NCBI GenBank assembly: GCA_951406725.2
Contig: OX597840.1
Span: 26,164,001-26,228,000 of the forward strand
DNA length: 64,000 bases
Origin: Octopus vulgaris
Lineage: Eukaryota
Direction of reading: 5' to 3'
Below the pieces are notes generated by a model, which saw only the letters and a list, made by a program, of their open reading frames with translations, did not search any database and was not told the origin of the DNA. Of this stretch, positions 60,427-64,000 are shown piece by piece (the stretch's first letter is position 1; every line of letters starts with the position of its first letter). Position numbers and translations under genes: made by a program.

Positions 60427-63400
60427 GCCACAGTCATATGATGAGTTTCCGTATTCCTCCGATATTTCTTCAAGAAAAATAAAATCAATCCTTCAAGTTT
60501 TACAGATCAACAACTTTTCAATAATATTTCTTCTCTCACCAAAATATATGGATATTTTGCTTCTTTTTGCTTTTATAGTTTATTCCAAACAAATATCACT
60601 TCTCTTATATTTCTTCTAAATGTGATCATTGCCAATATTTAAAAATGTTGCAAATACTCTTTGGAAATCCATCAAAGTATATTTAAAAGAGAAAATTATC
60701 TCTTGCACATTTCAGACACAGAAGTAAAGAAATGCTTTCTCTCTCAGAGGAAATATTTTACTGTAATTCAGCAATGTTTTCTAGAAACAGGATTATACGT
60801 TTGTAGAATATCTTTGCAGAGTCTTTCAAACATGATACATATTGATGATTCTTTAAAAGTAAAAAATACTTTTTAGCCAATTTCAGGCGATTTTCTGAAA
60901 GAATAGAAAAAATAAGATAAGACATCAAGTATGTTTAAAAGGCAGATATTCAAAAGTGCAAATTTACGACATTTCTGTTTTCATAAATTGTAGAAGTAAT
61001 CCTTTATCTGAACTATTAAATTTATCCTATCTCTCTGTTTTCAAGAAGTTTATATCAGGGAGTAGACATATGTAGTATAATAACATCTCCTGGACATTAA
61101 GTCTGTCATAGACACACACCAATATACATGTCAATAACACTAGATATCTGATGCTTTCATCTCAGTCATGTGTCGTAAAAGAGATATCACACTTCATCTG
61201 CCTCTTTCCGTACATTTATAAATACATACATACAGGAAGCTTAATGTCAATATTCTGTTGAATATGAAACATGAATAACAGTCAGTAAATAATCAGTATG
61301 GATGACTAACAGCATCAAAATCTTTTGTGGGGAATTTTTCATGTAGGAAAAATTATTGGTTGAGGTGGAGAAGGAAATTGGTGACAATCCTTCTCAATGG
61401 GGGCAAATGATGTAGTTTTAACATTAAATTATTCTCATTTTCTTCTTTACTTTTAAATTCTTACAAGTTACAATTAATGTTTCTCTTCCTTTTTACATCG
61501 CAAGGAAATATTGTTTATCGTGGTGAGTGAAAAATACAGCGATGCGTAATCACGGAGGTGTGAGTTCGAATCTCATAGCCGGCCGCCAACACTTTTCTGC
61601 AAAATAGGGGTAGCTTATCCTGTTCAGGCTATATTATTAGCAATATCCTGCCTTTGAGAATTTAAAATCACTTTGTAGTGACTATATACAGCGGCGCGCG
61701 CGCACCGTCCATTCCTGTTTCGCGCGTGCGGGCTTGGTGCTTTCACCACCGGAAGTAGGACCTTTTGCCTACGTGGCAGTTAGCCGAGGCAAGGGGATCG
61801 TAGAACGTTTGACCACTAGCAGCAGTCAGCAGCGACTTGAGACATGGCTATCGAAGGTACAACACGTATATTCTCTCTGTCCGAATTTGATTCTAGCAGC
61901 AGCCTATACCGAAAACTTTTAACCAAATTGTTGCAGACTACATCATCTTCCTTTCTCCGGACGCCATCTTTGACAAGTATCGTTTTGCATTTGAACACTT
62001 TCTTATTTTACAGCGATAAGGTTCAGCTGAGACACATCTATACCAAAGGGATGCCAGATACACCAATTATCGGTTACCACATAAGAGAATAAAGTAGATA
62101 TATATTATTTACGTCTGGGTCTTGTTGTTTCTGACTGGTAGAGAATCTGGATTATTAAAGCAACGGAAAGTGATTGCTTCTCGCACCCCCAAAAGGTCCA
62201 GAGAAGATATTCACACTAAGATCGTTACAACTTCTTTAACTTCCTAAGACATCTCAAAAGCTTCTAAAGCAAACTTCGTTTGTTTGTTTACGTTCATCGT
62301 AATTTGAATTTAAATATATATGTATTACGAAGAGAGAAAAGGATAACTTAGGTAATTAATTGAAAACAACATAAAAAAAACAGAGTACAATTCATATATA
62401 ATGCCTTAAATCCCAACAACGGACCATTGAATGTGTTTATGTGAAAAAAGATATCGAAAAACATTAGCACGTAAGAGTGAGAAAGAAACTCGGAAGGTAT
62501 CAGGTGGTCGTGGGGTGCGCGATAAATAACAGCTAAATTGCTCTTCAATCGGTTTTTTCCCTTCTTTGTTGGTTTCATAACCGTTTCAATCCTTGCATGT
62601 ACAGCAGAAATACGCAGAAATTTTCTGAAAATTCCCCCAAAATAAAAATGTGATAAGCGGTTACATTGGGTGCTTAAAGAAAGATTCCTTTGAAAAATAG
62701 ATATTAATTGTAAGTTGTAATGAAGGAGAAGAACCTTCGGAAATAGAGACTTCCTAGGTTTTAAATAAAATCCGTTCCATTTCTTCTGTATACAATATTT
62801 ACTTTTCGTTTCAGTATTTCAAGTGCACACTCGTATTTTTATACATTCCGCATGTCTTAGAAATTACATCGTAATTTTCCCGCGGAATTACATGTGAGGA
62901 AGAAAGAGAAAAGTTATCTACACAAGGTATCCATCGGACGTTAACAAATAATATAGGAAATAAGGAAAGATGCAATGAAATATCTGAATGTAAAGGAGAA
63001 CACAACGGAAGTATTGAAAGAACAGCCTCACCGAAGTTGAAAAAGTGGGTTTCCATCGCAAAAAAATTAGGGAAAGGTAGGTGCGGTCCATGCCCTTTAC
63101 CTCCGCTATTTCGTCTTTGTTTAGTGAGATTCTTTCTTGTAACTTACTCAACACATCGAAACAAACAGACGTACGTAATATGATACATATACAATAGAAA
63201 TATACTTACATAGTAATATATATTCAGAGAGAGTCAACGATGAAAATATGAGAATATGTTGAATCAGGGAAAAGTTAGAGTGGACAGTGACAGCTTCAAG
63301 AGAATTTTTACGACGAATATTCATATTTAACAGGTCAACATAATATAAAAAAATGCTGCATCTGTTTCTTTAGACACTTAATTACCAATTACGTGTCTAT

Positions 63401-64000
63401 TTAATTAGATTTTCTCTTCAATATCAGTTGTAAAGTGGAACTGAGCAAGCAATACACATGCATACGGAGCAACAAAATTAGGAAGAATTAACTCTGAACA
63501 AACGTCTTGTCTTTGTAAGAAATGGGGAATGTATAAAAATACGAGTGTGCACTCGAAATACCGAAACGAAAAGCAAATATCGTAACGAGAGGAAATGGAA
63601 CGGCTTTTATTTGAGAGATAGGAAGTCTTTATTTCTGGTGGTTCTTCTGCATCATTAAAATTTAGAATTAGTATGTTTTTCTAATTTATTTAATTTTTGT
63701 GTGTGTGGAGTGCTGCTTTAAGCACCTAATATAATCCCTCGTCACATATTTTTATTTTGGGGAATTTTCAGAAATTTTTGCGTACGAGAATTTGAAATTA
63801 TCCATTATTGAATCAAAAGAACATTGACAGAGGAAGGAAAACATATCACTGTGATGTTAAACCTGAATCATTCTTTCAAAATGGTGAATTAATTATACAC
63901 AATCCTATTAATATGAAAGATATAACTGTAACCTAAGCTATTCGTGCTAAATCAATCTACGAAAATGATCAATTATTGAAATGTAAATGCATTGATACAG
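60300..64000. repeat. Inverted duplicate of about 42224-45360
   Basis: For example 63781 cgtacgagaatttgaaattatcc is the reverse complement of about 42419-42441; continues to the window end. Confidence 0.88.
61690..62010 (-). promoter_or_regulatory. Candidate CpG-rich promoter / first exon of the 60426 ZNF gene
   Basis: Same block: CCGGAAGT at 61749-61756 and CGCCATCTT at 61962-61970. Confidence 0.5.

Overview
AT-rich eukaryotic (animal) DNA containing a dense, recently amplified cluster of C2H2 zinc-finger genes built only from 84-bp tandem finger repeats, with no KRAB, SCAN, BTB or ZAD domain in the ORFs. The finger style ([21 protein letters not shown]) and the tRNA-derived SINEs resemble octopus/coleoid ZNF clusters; that taxonomic call is inference. 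Six long ORFs (about 10-35 fingers) and five broken, gapped or partial copies lie on both strands. Spacers are duplicated and carry SINEs, two MITE families (with target-site duplications and paralogous empty sites) and non-LTR RT fragments. The genes are mosaics of two N-terminal types (A: MSEELGK; B: MYKMSF) and two C-terminal/3' flank types (X: ..IR[C/Y]EVDP; Y: ..HNRIHTG-TAG), and all four combinations occur. About 1-21.5 kb is mirrored by about 21.5-39.6 kb. The right arm is deletion-riddled near the centre, which suggests a long-read fold-back or consensus artefact, so real gene copy number is uncertain. Several lesions shared between copies (a linker TAG before an intact finger; ATG>ATA and TGC>TAC in type B) could be reversed or bypassed by A-to-I editing. 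This is a testable hypothesis, not an observation.
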